The position numbers and the translations under genes were made by a program. A stretch of DNA of 32,000 nucleotides, from contig NC_000917.1 of NCBI RefSeq assembly GCF_000008665.1, positions 690,001 to 722,000 of the forward strand, given 5' to 3'. The DNA comes from Archaeoglobus fulgidus DSM 4304 (GTDB taxonomy: Archaea; Halobacteriota; Archaeoglobi; Archaeoglobales; Archaeoglobaceae). Below, one piece after another: positions 18,595 to 27,637 of this stretch (positions within the stretch are counted from its first letter, which is position 1; each line of letters starts with the position of its first letter). The notes under the pieces were generated by a model. The model was not told where the DNA came from, did no database searches, and saw only the letters and a list, made by a program, of their open reading frames with translations.

Positions 18595-19209
18595 GTGATT
18601 GGAATGGGATTTGAGGTTATCGCAAAACCGAAGGGTGGAAACCTTGACAAGATGGCCGAGAAGGTATTTTACGAGAGTATAAACCTTCTTGGAGGTTTGA
18701 AGAAGCTTGTAGAGTACAGAAACCTCACCTGGCTTCCAAGCCTTGCAGAAGCCGCATACGTCGTTGTGCTGAAAAACGAGGCAATGAAAACATACGGAGA
18801 GATTGCCAGGGAGCTTGGAATCACCGAGCAGACCGCTAAAAACATCGCAACCGCTGATGAAGAGGAAGTAAAGAGATACCTTGAAGGCGAGCTTGAAGAA
18901 AGGCCAAAAGAGCACATAGCCGGAGGAATAGCGAAGCTTGTATACAGGAAGCTGAAGGAAGAGGGGAGACTTGATGCGGAGGAGGTCGAGATAAAGCAGG
19001 AAGAACTGGAGGTTCTTGATATTGACTGGGCTGTGCACGTTCTGGCAAGGATAAAGGGACTGGACTTCCCGGTAAACAAGGAAGCTTTGGTTGAGAGGTT
19101 AAAGGGGCTCGTCATAAAGGGTAAGCGCGCTGAGGAGATTCTTGACAAGCTCGATTACCCGATAAAATCTCCATCACAGCTTCTGCATGAGATAAAAATG
19201 CACCTTTAA
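18595..19209 (+). CDS. KaiC-associated putative regulatory protein with HTH-like region
   Basis: Starts 6 nt after the KaiC-like gene; EAMKTYGEIARELGITEQTAKNIATADEEEV is HTH-like. Confidence 0.78.
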   Translation: MIGMGFEVIAKPKGGNLDKMAEKVFYESINLLGGLKKLVEYRNLTWLPSLAEAAYVVVLKNEAMKTYGEIARELGITEQTAKNIATADEEEVKRYLEGELEERPKEHIAGGIAKLVYRKLKEEGRLDAEEVEIKQEELEVLDIDWAVHVLARIKGLDFPVNKEALVERLKGLVIKGKRAEEILDKLDYPIKSPSQLLHEIKMHL

Positions 19210-19238
19210 CTAAATCTTTTTTTAACCTCTGCAAACTC

Positions 19239-20219
19239 TTGGCTGTGAAAATCGTCACATACTCCAAAAACGTTTTCATCCCTCTTACGAGGAACTGCAG
19301 AAACCGCTGTGACTACTGCGGATTCAGGAGCGAAGAGATTGGAGTAATGAGCGCCGAAGAGGTGCGAAAAATCCTTTCGGCAGCAAGGGGGGCTAAGGAG
19401 GCGCTTTTCACCTTTGGGGAGAGGCCAGATGAGGTGTATCCCGAGTTCAAAGCGATGCTGCTTGAAATGGGCTATAAAAGCATGGTTGACTACATCCTTG
19501 AAATGAATAAAATCGCCGTGGAAATGGGCTTCCTACCACACACAAACGCCGGAATTCTCTCTAAGGAAGAGATGCGGAAGCTAAAGCCCTACAACGCGAG
19601 CATGGGGCTTATGCTGGAGCAGGCTGTGGAGCTTGAGTGTCACGCAAACAGCCCAGGCAAAAAGCCGGAAGTGAGGATAAAGATGATCAGAGATGCTGGA
19701 AAGCTTCAAATCCCCTTCACCACAGGAATACTGGTGGGGATAGGGGAAGGCAGGGAGGACAGGCTTTACTCTCTCGAGATTATAGCAGAAATTCAGGACA
19801 ACTACGGCCACATTCAGGAAGTGATTGTTCAGAACTTCAAGCCGAAGAAGGGCACACCTATGGAGAACACTCCCCCTCCAACACTTGAGGAGATGCTTGA
19901 GGCTGTGAAGGCTGCGAGAGAGATACTCCCTCAGGAAGTCGCAATCCAGATACCGCCCAATCTGGTTGATGACATTTACCCCTTCCTTAAGGCCGGAGCA
20001 AACGACGTTGGAGGCATTTCAAACGTAACCCATGATTACATCAATCCCGAGTCACCGTGGCCGGAAGTTGAGAGGCTGGAGAGAGCTCTTCGTGGGGAGT
20101 TTATACTTAAAGAGAGGCTGCCCATCTATCCGAGATTCGTAAAGCTTAAATGGTATGGCGAAGCCTTAGAGCCGCTGATTGAAAAGTATTCGGATGCTGA
20201 TGGTTATGCTCGCCCTTGA
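19239..20219 (+). CDS. cofG: 7,8-didemethyl-8-hydroxy-5-deazariboflavin synthase subunit 1 (start TTG 19239 or GTG 19245)
   Basis: Radical [13 protein letters not shown]; [14 protein letters not shown]; [14 protein letters not shown]. Confidence 0.93.
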   Translation: MAVKIVTYSKNVFIPLTRNCRNRCDYCGFRSEEIGVMSAEEVRKILSAARGAKEALFTFGERPDEVYPEFKAMLLEMGYKSMVDYILEMNKIAVEMGFLPHTNAGILSKEEMRKLKPYNASMGLMLEQAVELECHANSPGKKPEVRIKMIRDAGKLQIPFTTGILVGIGEGREDRLYSLEIIAEIQDNYGHIQEVIVQNFKPKKGTPMENTPPPTLEEMLEAVKAAREILPQEVAIQIPPNLVDDIYPFLKAGANDVGGISNVTHDYINPESPWPEVERLERALRGEFILKERLPIYPRFVKLKWYGEALEPLIEKYSDADGYARP

Positions 20220-21210
20220 CGACTTGCTGAAGAATCCTTACGAAACTTTCAGAATTGCCGACGAACTCAGGAGAGAGCTTGTAGGAGATACCGTAACATA
20301 CGTAGTCAACAGAAACATAAACTTCACCGACATCTGCATCAACGACTGCAAGTTCTGCTCCTTCCGCAATAGGAAGAAATACCTGCTGAGCTTGGATGAA
20401 ATCAAGCAGAAAGTTGAGGAGGCAGTTGAATTCGGCTGCACAGAGCTCTGCATCCAGGGTGGTTTGCTGCCCGATGCAGACCTAGACTTTTACCTTTCAA
20501 TTCTTCAGGCTGTGAGGGATGTTGACAAAAAGATACACATTCACGCCTTTTCCCCAATGGAGGTCGTTCATGCGGCAAGGAACAGCGGAATGACGGTGGA
20601 GGAGGTGTTAAAGGAGCTTAAAAAGGAAGGTCTTGGCTCGATGCCTGGGACGGCTGCGGAAATTCTCGACGACAGCATAAGGGCGCTTATCTGCCCGAGG
20701 AAGCTTAAAACGGCGGAATGGGTCGAGGTTATAAAGACTGCTCACCGAGTCGGCATTCCAACAACGGCGACGATAATGTACGGTCATATCGACACCTGGG
20801 AGCACAGGATAAACCACCTCCTTCTAATCAAGAAAATACAGCAGGAAACGGGAGGTATTACTGAGCTCATCCCCCTGCCATTCATGTCCAAAAACAACGA
20901 GCTTGGAAGGTATGCGAAGGGCAGTTCTGGATTTGATGACTTGCTGATGATTGCCATCGCCAGAATTTTGCTCTACCCCGAAATCAAAAACATACAGGCG
21001 TCGTGGGTTAAGATGGGTCAGAAGCTGGCTCAGGCTGCGCTTCACGTGGGCGCGAACGACCTCGGCGGCACTCTGATGGAGGAGAACATCTCCAAATCAG
21101 CAGGAGCGACGAGTGGTGAGTTCATGCATCCGGAAGAGCTAAGAGAGCTAATAAAAATTGCGGGGAGAGTTCCAAAACAGAGGGATACGCTCTACAACAT
21201 TTTGGATTAG
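20179..21210 (+). CDS. cofH: FO synthase subunit 2 (exact start among 20179/20194/20200/20206 uncertain)
   Basis: Radical [13 protein letters not shown]; [13 protein letters not shown]; SPMEV; GTAAEILDD; overlaps 3' end of cofG. Confidence 0.95.
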   Translation: MKSIRMLMVMLALDDLLKNPYETFRIADELRRELVGDTVTYVVNRNINFTDICINDCKFCSFRNRKKYLLSLDEIKQKVEEAVEFGCTELCIQGGLLPDADLDFYLSILQAVRDVDKKIHIHAFSPMEVVHAARNSGMTVEEVLKELKKEGLGSMPGTAAEILDDSIRALICPRKLKTAEWVEVIKTAHRVGIPTTATIMYGHIDTWEHRINHLLLIKKIQQETGGITELIPLPFMSKNNELGRYAKGSSGFDDLLMIAIARILLYPEIKNIQASWVKMGQKLAQAALHVGANDLGGTLMEENISKSAGATSGEFMHPEELRELIKIAGRVPKQRDTLYNILD

Positions 21211-21300
21211 CCTCAGACTCTCCCTTTCATCATTTCTCAGGTCGCCCATCAGTCATCATCGGCTGTTCAATGTTTTCGGGAGGATTTATTTCTTTTACCA

Positions 21301-21828
21301 CTAAAACGAAAACTGCTCAACAGTTACTTCTTCATCAAGCAGCCTGTAAAGGCTTCCTCTGAAACTTCCCTTTTTCACTTCGAGAACCATGAATGACGGA
21401 TAGGTGCTATAGGCCCCACCACCCCACACTCCCGTCATGGAACCGGGATTGAGAAGGATTTTAGCCCCTCTATAAACATCAGGCAGGTGTGTGTGGCCGG
21501 AAATCAACACATCAACGTCCATCTCGAGCGCTATTTGCTCAAGCTGCTCTCTGTTGCCCCTCGGATAAACCTGATGACCGTGAACAACTCCGAAACTGAG
21601 TCCTTCAACCCTGAACTTCGCCGAATGCGGGAGAGGGAGGTCGTCCATGTTTCCCCTCACCGCTATTACTGATTCCGCAACCCTCTCAGCGAACCTCAGC
21701 ACCCTTTCTGAGGTCAGGTCACCAGTGATTACTACCATGTCGAAGTCCACGAGGTAGTCGGTGAACTCCCTCGGAATTTCATCAGCCCTCTCCGGGATAT
21801 GGGTGTCCCCAAAAATTAAAATCCTCAT
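21301..21828 (-). CDS. YfcE/MJ0936-like metallophosphoesterase
   Basis: MRILIFGDTHIPERAD, VRGNMD, GVVHGHQ, SGHTHLP, NPGS; start at 21828 gives ATGA overlap with lysA. Confidence 0.92.
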   Translation of the reverse strand: MRILIFGDTHIPERADEIPREFTDYLVDFDMVVITGDLTSERVLRFAERVAESVIAVRGNMDDLPLPHSAKFRVEGLSFGVVHGHQVYPRGNREQLEQIALEMDVDVLISGHTHLPDVYRGAKILLNPGSMTGVWGGGAYSTYPSFMVLEVKKGSFRGSLYRLLDEEVTVEQFSF

Positions 21829-23084
21829 AGCAGCCATTCAGGTAACCTTTGCTTCTCGATTAAATCACCGTAGCTCTCCTTCTCCCTGATTACGTCCCAT
21901 CTATCCCCGCTCACAAGCACCTCTGCGCACCTCGGCCTGCCGTTGTACTGGCTGCTCATCACGAAACCGTAGGCTCCCGCGTCGAAAACGGCGATTAAAT
22001 CACCCACTTCAACTTTGGGTAGCTTCCTGTCCCTGGCCAGAACATCTCCACTCTCGCATATCGGCCCAACGACCGTATAAACCTCCTCAGGCTCGGCATC
22101 CATCTTGTTCGCTACCGCCACCCTGTGGTAGGAACCGTACATCGCGGGACGGATTAGGACGTTGAAGCCGGCATCAACAGCAACAAAGTTCTTGTAGCCC
22201 TTCTTCACGGCGTTCACTCTTGTAATCAAGACGGTTGTGTTGCCAACAATGCTCCTTCCAGGTTCCAGCCAGAGCTGCGGGTCGGAAGTTAAATCAGCCT
22301 TTCTTCCTTCGAATTCAGGTAGAATTGCGCTTGCGAGGTCCTTGGGGGTTGGAGCGCCCTTCCCCTCGTAGTCAATTCCGAGCCCACCACCCATGTCCAC
22401 AAAGCTCAGCTCAACACCAAGCTTCTCGATATCCACGGCGATGTCCATAACCTTGTTCAGCGCGTGCACGAACGGGGAGAGGTCGAGTATCTGGCTGCCG
22501 ATATGGCAGTGTATTCCAACCGGAACAACACCGTCCAGCTTCAAAGCCATCTCGTAAGCCTCCCTCACCATTTCATGCGGAATGCCGAACTTTGACTCTC
22601 TAAGCCCCGTAGCGATTTTCGGATGAGTTTTCGGGTCAACGTCGGGATTGACCCTGAAAGCAATCTCAACCTCCTTTCCAACCTCCTTAGCAATTTTCGA
22701 AATAGTTCTGAGCTCATCCAGACTGTCAACGCTGAACTTGACTCCAGCAGTAACCCCCATTTCTATCTCTTTTCTGCTTTTCGAGTTGCCGTTGAAGAGA
22801 ACCATATCCTTCCTGAAGCCTGCGAGAGATGCAAGGTACAGCTCACCATCGCTAAAAACATCAGCACCAAAGCCATGAGAGGCGATTATCCTCATCAAAG
22901 CGAGGTTGTTATTGGCCTTTACAGCATAAAGCAGCCCTTCGTTGGAGAAGGCTTTTTTGTAAGCCTCTAGGTTTCTCTCAAGTAGGGCCCTTGAAGTGAC
23001 GTAAACGGGCGTGCCAGTTTCCCTGACAATCTCCGTTACCTTCACACCCTCCACTGTCAGAATTCCGTCGCTAGTTGAGAACAT
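21825..23084 (-). CDS. lysA: Diaminopimelate decarboxylase
   Basis: 419 aa; YAVKANNNLALMRI PLP lysine motif, VPVGIHCHIGSQ, GGGLGIDYEG, PICESGDVLARDR, FDAGAYGFVMSSQYN. Confidence 0.96.
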   Translation of the reverse strand: MFSTSDGILTVEGVKVTEIVRETGTPVYVTSRALLERNLEAYKKAFSNEGLLYAVKANNNLALMRIIASHGFGADVFSDGELYLASLAGFRKDMVLFNGNSKSRKEIEMGVTAGVKFSVDSLDELRTISKIAKEVGKEVEIAFRVNPDVDPKTHPKIATGLRESKFGIPHEMVREAYEMALKLDGVVPVGIHCHIGSQILDLSPFVHALNKVMDIAVDIEKLGVELSFVDMGGGLGIDYEGKGAPTPKDLASAILPEFEGRKADLTSDPQLWLEPGRSIVGNTTVLITRVNAVKKGYKNFVAVDAGFNVLIRPAMYGSYHRVAVANKMDAEPEEVYTVVGPICESGDVLARDRKLPKVEVGDLIAVFDAGAYGFVMSSQYNGRPRCAEVLVSGDRWDVIREKESYGDLIEKQRLPEWLL

Positions 23085-23115
23085 GAAATTAAAAGTGTGG
23101 AGGGATTAAAAACAG

Positions 23116-23574
23116 TTACTTCGAAATCTCAATTTTGAGTCTATCCGGATTGTACTTCCAGTCTGCCGGCAGCACTCCCTTCTCCTTGTAGTAGCTCGAA
23201 AGCCTCCAGATTTTCGCCTCGATCAGCTGCAGACCTCTTCTGTTGTGCTTGTCTTTCCTGTGGACTTCCAGATGAGCTCTCAGCTTCAGTGCCTTCTTTA
23301 TCAGAGCTTTCAGGTCTTCGGGATACTTTATCTCCACACCGTGCTCCTTCAGGATTTTCTGAATCTTCTTCCCTGTCACCTGCTTTACCGACGGGATGCC
23401 GTAGCGGTCTCTGAGAATCATTCCGATCATGCTCGGCTCGTATCCTTCATTGTAAAGCTCCAGAACCTTCTTTTCCACTTCCTCCGGTGACATGTCCACC
23501 CATTCCGGCGGTGAGTCGCGATAAATTCTCTTTGATCCTGATTTACCCCTTCTTCGCGCATGAATTCTTGCCAT
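23116..23574 (-). CDS. 30S ribosomal protein S15 (uS15), archaeal
   Basis: [16 protein letters not shown]...[21 protein letters not shown]...[26 protein letters not shown]; TATA (ttatatatt) upstream on the minus strand. Confidence 0.97.
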   Translation of the reverse strand: MARIHARRRGKSGSKRIYRDSPPEWVDMSPEEVEKKVLELYNEGYEPSMIGMILRDRYGIPSVKQVTGKKIQKILKEHGVEIKYPEDLKALIKKALKLRAHLEVHRKDKHNRRGLQLIEAKIWRLSSYYKEKGVLPADWKYNPDRLKIEISK

Positions 23575-23697
23575 GATCGTCACCTCCCAGCCCTCTTTCA
23601 GAGATTGGAATATATAACTTGCGTCTCACGCACTCGTATAACTTCACCGTCTACTGCTTTGCAAAGACTATATAAATTTTGGGCAAATCTCATTTTT

Positions 23698-24204
23698 GTG
23701 GACGAGACCTCCAAGAAGGTAGATGAGATGGCGAAAAAACAGGCTGAAATCGAGGGAAAGATTGACGAAGTCTTCAATAGCCTTGAGAGGCTGCGTGGAG
23801 AGCTTGAGGAGCAGCCAGACAAGCTGGGATGGGACGACATAACTCAGGAGATAATCGGTGCAATATCCTTTGCCTTTCCATTTCTCTTTACCGGGGAGCT
23901 GTGGGAGATTGCCAAAGAGATCTCGCTTGAGCGCTCACTCGCGATTTTTATCATAACGGTAGTTATCGCTTACCTTTTTATCACTAAGTCTAAAATTGGA
24001 AATTTGAAAAAGGAGACGCTTTTCTACATCCCAAGAAGGCTTCTAACCGTTTTAGTCATCGCATACCTCATTTCAGCCGGAATGATTTACCTCTACGGAA
24101 TATATATCGTGGCGCACTTCACAACAACGCAGTTCATCAACGCTACAATCCTTATTAGCACATTTGCCGTCATCGGGGCCATAGCTGTGGATATGGTGAA
24201 GTAA
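23698..24204 (+). CDS. DUF2391-like integral membrane protein
   Basis: N-terminal coiled-coil then TM helices; start at GTG 23698 about 25 nt after tatataaatt, i.e. probably leaderless; ORF track start 23560 judged too long. Confidence 0.65.
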   Translation: MDETSKKVDEMAKKQAEIEGKIDEVFNSLERLRGELEEQPDKLGWDDITQEIIGAISFAFPFLFTGELWEIAKEISLERSLAIFIITVVIAYLFITKSKIGNLKKETLFYIPRRLLTVLVIAYLISAGMIYLYGIYIVAHFTTTQFINATILISTFAVIGAIAVDMVK

Positions 24205-24316
24205 TCCCCGGATTTCGAGCAAACCCGAAAACAACACCATACGCCTACCGAAAAAGAATTTAAACCGGATGGTGAAATTTAAATACTGGAGGTCTGATGG
24301 CTCCATACCTCCGAAT

Positions 24317-24389
24317 GGCCCGGATGGGGTAGTGGTTATCCTCTGGGACTGTGGATCCCAGGAGCCGGGTTCGAATCCCGGTCCGGGCC
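24317..24389 (+). tRNA. tRNA-His (anticodon GTG), including encoded G-1
   Basis: GCCCGGA/TCCGGGC acceptor with G-1 opposite C73, TGGGA-CTGTGGA-TCCCA anticodon arm, CCGGG-TTCGAAT-CCCGG T arm. Confidence 0.95.
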
Positions 24390-24444
24390 CTTTAAAACCA
24401 GTTTTAAATGCAGTAGGGAGTGAAAGAAGGCTTAAGTGGATTTA

Positions 24445-24706
24445 ATGACCGTAATTCAGGCATGCCTTGGAGAGGATAAGGAAAAGGAAAGTCAGCGAAG
24501 AGAGGTAAGAGATGATTTGGAGAATTCAGATGAAATCTTTTACGACACTCAGACGGCTATTTCGTGGTTATTCGGAAGAGAAACAGCAAATGGCTGTTGG
24601 TGATTTAATTCCGGGAGAGATAGTGAGGGATGTGACGGTGGTTGCCACCTCAAAGTTTAATATTGTTAAAAACAGAATTAAGGCGGAGAGGTGGGTAAAG
24701 ATATGA
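24445..24706 (+). pseudogene. Decayed DUF4258-like gene (three single-base deletions; one further possible shift near the start)
   Basis: Pieces in successive frames: HALERIRKRKVSEE (24461-), EVRDDLENSDEIFYDTQT (24502-), GYFVVIRKRNSKWLLVI (24555-), EIVRDVTVVATSKFNIVKNRIKAERWVKI (to 24706). Confidence 0.68.
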
Positions 24707-24897
24707 AGGTCAAGTATGACGCTGACATCCTCTACATATCAATCGAGGAAGTTGAGGATATGGGCGAGCTGGGAGAGGACATTTTCGTTGAATACAACAA
24801 AGAGAGGAAGATAATGGGTATTGAAATTTGGCAGGCTCGTAAGTATGTGATTCCTGAAATTCTGAAGTTCATCAAGGCGGCGAAGATGATGGGTTGA
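24703..24897 (+). CDS. DUF2283-family small protein
   Basis: MKVKYDADILYISIEEVEDMGELGEDIFVEYNKERKIMGIEIWQARKYV; ATGA overlap with the decayed upstream gene. Confidence 0.85.
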   Translation: MKVKYDADILYISIEEVEDMGELGEDIFVEYNKERKIMGIEIWQARKYVIPEILKFIKAAKMMG

Positions 24898-25206
24898 TGG
24901 CTTCGGTAGATTTTGATTTGAAGGTCAAAAGATATTTGAGCGAAGAAGGGGAACAGAAAGGTCAAGAGGACCGTTGTGCCATACGATGAGATTGACGTTG
25001 GCGTTCCTGTTATAGAGCAACGAGGATTTATGGCTGATTCTGAGCCGATTGTCTTGCCCTCTCAACTGGCAGCGTAAAAGGCGCCGAAGACACATAGACC
25101 TAGTCCTTGATGGAAAAATCGCCCCTTAAGCGGTCTTTCGTCGTCTATTCCGCACAGAGCCATGACGCTCGTGAATATTCTGAAAATTTAATCTTGTCGT
25201 TAGGGC

Positions 25207-25884
25207 CTAAATATAACCAAAAAGGCACTCAAAAATCTTCTTTTCTACGCTCTTCAATCTTTTTGCCATCGCATTTTTTGAAATCCCGTTAATTTTGGCC
25301 AGATCACCGAGGGTGCATCTCCTCGGATAATCATAGTAGCCGTTAACGTAAGCCTGCTTTATCGTTTTAACCTGAAGGTCTGTGAGTGCCTCCATTGTAT
25401 CAATAAAGTCAGAAAGAAAGTCCATGTTAAATATAACCTTCAAAAAGCTTTTCAGCGTCAACTCCCTGATTCTTGAAATATGCGTTGCGTTGTCCATTTC
25501 AAGCTGTCTCTTTATGTCTCTTTGCGAGATTTCATCAGGTGTGTACACAAACCATTTCTCGACGCCGTTAGCAACCCGCAGTGGGGGAACAACCGTACAA
25601 CCGAGCGATGAAAAATTTCTCCAAGCAGCGGTGGTGAGAATATCGTAAGAAACCCAGATCTCCGACCTTGACTTCATTTTCAGGTTTATGTTAAAAGCTT
25701 TCTCTTTTCGAAGCGTGCTAATCACGTTCTCTTTAAACATATCCCCCAAGAAAATAGCATCAATATGAGTGTAGTCTCCATCTTCTCTTACATTTACCAA
25801 ATTGAGTTCTGCATCCTTTATCTTTTCACTCACAGCAATATTGCTGCAGTCTTCTTGATGCAGTTCAATCATTAACAATTTCAT
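25207..25884 (-). CDS. Bat-type (HTH_10) transcriptional regulator
   Basis: C-terminal LTDLQVKTIKQAYVNGYYDYPRRCTLGDLAKINGISKNAMAKRLKSVEKKI; divergent from lctP. Confidence 0.88.
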   Translation of the reverse strand: MKLLMIELHQEDCSNIAVSEKIKDAELNLVNVREDGDYTHIDAIFLGDMFKENVISTLRKEKAFNINLKMKSRSEIWVSYDILTTAAWRNFSSLGCTVVPPLRVANGVEKWFVYTPDEISQRDIKRQLEMDNATHISRIRELTLKSFLKVIFNMDFLSDFIDTMEALTDLQVKTIKQAYVNGYYDYPRRCTLGDLAKINGISKNAMAKRLKSVEKKIFECLFGYI

Positions 25885-25923
25885 TATGATTTATCTTTTT
25901 TGCATCGTTAGATAACCTTTGCT

Positions 25924-25948
25924 GTTCACATGTGAACCCCAAACTCAA
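25924..25948. promoter_or_regulatory. Candidate operator upstream of lctP (copy A)
   Basis: Perfect palindrome GTTCACATGTGAAC followed by CCCAAACTCAA; 18/21 identity with copy B at 28614..28634. Confidence 0.55.
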
Positions 25949-25997
25949 TTACCATCTTTGATTAAAATTTTAAAAATTAAAACATGGAGGTGATAGA

Positions 25998-27632
25998 GTG
26001 GATGCAATAGTTGCAGCAACACCGATACTATTGGTGCTTTTTCTGATGGCGGGCCTCAGAATGTCGGCCATGAAAGCTATGCCAATCGGCTGGCTCGTTA
26101 CGGTGATCATTGCCCTTTTCTACTGGAAAATGCCACCGGAATGGATAGCAGCAGCAACAATTAAGGGGACTCTTTCGGCCCTTGACATCCTGCTCGTTGT
26201 TTTCGGAGCGGTTTACCTTTACTACGACGCTAGGCTTAGCGGTGCGACAAGAGCTATAACAAGAGGGATAATGGGACTGTCTGCAGACAGAAGAATACAG
26301 GCAGGAATAGCATTCCTGCTCGTTACGTTCTTCGAAGGAGCTGCTGGGTTCGGAACTCCGGGGGCTATAGTCGGACCTCTGCTCGTGGGTATCGGATTCC
26401 CGCCGGCGATAGCGGCTCCCCTGGTTCTGATTTTCGATTCCTCACCCGTATCTTTTGGAGCTGTGGGAATTCCCGTTTGGGGAGGACTTGGCTCCTCATT
26501 GGACAGTCCGGTAGTTAAAGAAGTTCTGGAATCGTACGGATACACGCTGAAGCAGTTCCTTTACACCGACGTCACCTTCTGGACGGCAACCCTTCATGGC
26601 ATAATGGCGGTCTTCATACCTCTGCTCGGTGCAGTCTTCATGGTCAAGTGGAGCGGAGGAAAGGTTAGCGATGTCAAGGATGCTGCACCCTCACTGCTGC
26701 TAGCTGGACTAAGCTTTGCCATTCCCTACTGGATTCTTGCCGCTTCGCTCGGTCCGGAATTTCCATCGCTTCTCGGTGGGATAATCGGTCTCGTGATATA
26801 CTCCGCTACCCTTAAGGCAGGTTTTGTGCCGAAAACTTCCTGGGATTTCGCCAAAAAGCATGAAGCCGGAGAAGAGTCAGAAAGAATCGAAAAGGAGTTT
26901 TCGATATTGGAAGCCATGGTTCCCTACGTTCTCGTCTCTCTTGGACTCGTTCTAACTAGGACAGTTCCAGCAATAAATCAATTTGTCACAACGAATCTCG
27001 TAATCGGAATCAGCGGTATTCTCGGCACTTCGCTGTCCCACACATACAAACTGCTCTACAATCCCGGAACAATATTCATTATTGCCGTGCTGATCAGCAA
27101 CGCTGTATCGAGACTAAGTCCCAAGCACACGGCAAGAGCTCTAAAGACAACAGCCATAGGAGTTGCCCCTGCAGCGATTGCCCTCGTATTCGCCGTATCA
27201 CTGTCGCAGATTATGATGAACTCTGGAAACAACCTCTCCGGAATGCCGAGCATGCTAAAGGTTATGGCGGTAAGCCTCGCCAACGCCACAGGACTGGGCT
27301 ACATAATGCTCGCAGTCTTTGTCGGAATACTCGGAGCCTACATGTCCGGCAGCAACACCGTCTCGAACATACTGTTTGGAGGGTTCCAGTTTGAAATTGC
27401 AAACGCAACAGGCCTGCCGAAAACCATCATTCTCGCCCTGCAAAACGTGGGTGGAGCGGTGGGGAACATGATTTGTGTCCACAACGTTGTTGCTGTGTGC
27501 ACAACCTGTGGAATCCTCGGCCAAGAGGGAGACGTGATCAGGAAGAACCTCGTGCCGGCAACGATTTACGCAATAGTTGTCAGCGTGGTGGCGGCGATAG
27601 CAGTCTTCATCCTGAAAATACAAATGATTTAA
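25998..27632 (+). CDS. lctP: L-lactate permease family transporter
   Basis: 544 aa; FFEGAAGFGTPGAIVGPLLVGIGF, VGIPVWGG, NIRF-type C-terminus LQNVGGAVGNMICVHNVVAVCTTCG. Confidence 0.96.
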   Translation: MDAIVAATPILLVLFLMAGLRMSAMKAMPIGWLVTVIIALFYWKMPPEWIAAATIKGTLSALDILLVVFGAVYLYYDARLSGATRAITRGIMGLSADRRIQAGIAFLLVTFFEGAAGFGTPGAIVGPLLVGIGFPPAIAAPLVLIFDSSPVSFGAVGIPVWGGLGSSLDSPVVKEVLESYGYTLKQFLYTDVTFWTATLHGIMAVFIPLLGAVFMVKWSGGKVSDVKDAAPSLLLAGLSFAIPYWILAASLGPEFPSLLGGIIGLVIYSATLKAGFVPKTSWDFAKKHEAGEESERIEKEFSILEAMVPYVLVSLGLVLTRTVPAINQFVTTNLVIGISGILGTSLSHTYKLLYNPGTIFIIAVLISNAVSRLSPKHTARALKTTAIGVAPAAIALVFAVSLSQIMMNSGNNLSGMPSMLKVMAVSLANATGLGYIMLAVFVGILGAYMSGSNTVSNILFGGFQFEIANATGLPKTIILALQNVGGAVGNMICVHNVVAVCTTCGILGQEGDVIRKNLVPATIYAIVVSVVAAIAVFILKIQMI

Positions 27633-27637
27633 AAAAA

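Noticed and set aside
17914-19038. Long minus-strand ORFs of 186 and 155 aa (17914..18474, 18571..19038)
   Set aside because: They lie antisense to well-supported KaiC-like and partner genes; sequences are low-complexity, Leu/Ser/His-rich shadows of codon bias.
23560-23697. N-terminal extension of the DUF2391-like ORF
   Set aside because: It covers the divergent promoter region with rps15, and a TATA element sits about 25 nt upstream of GTG 23698.
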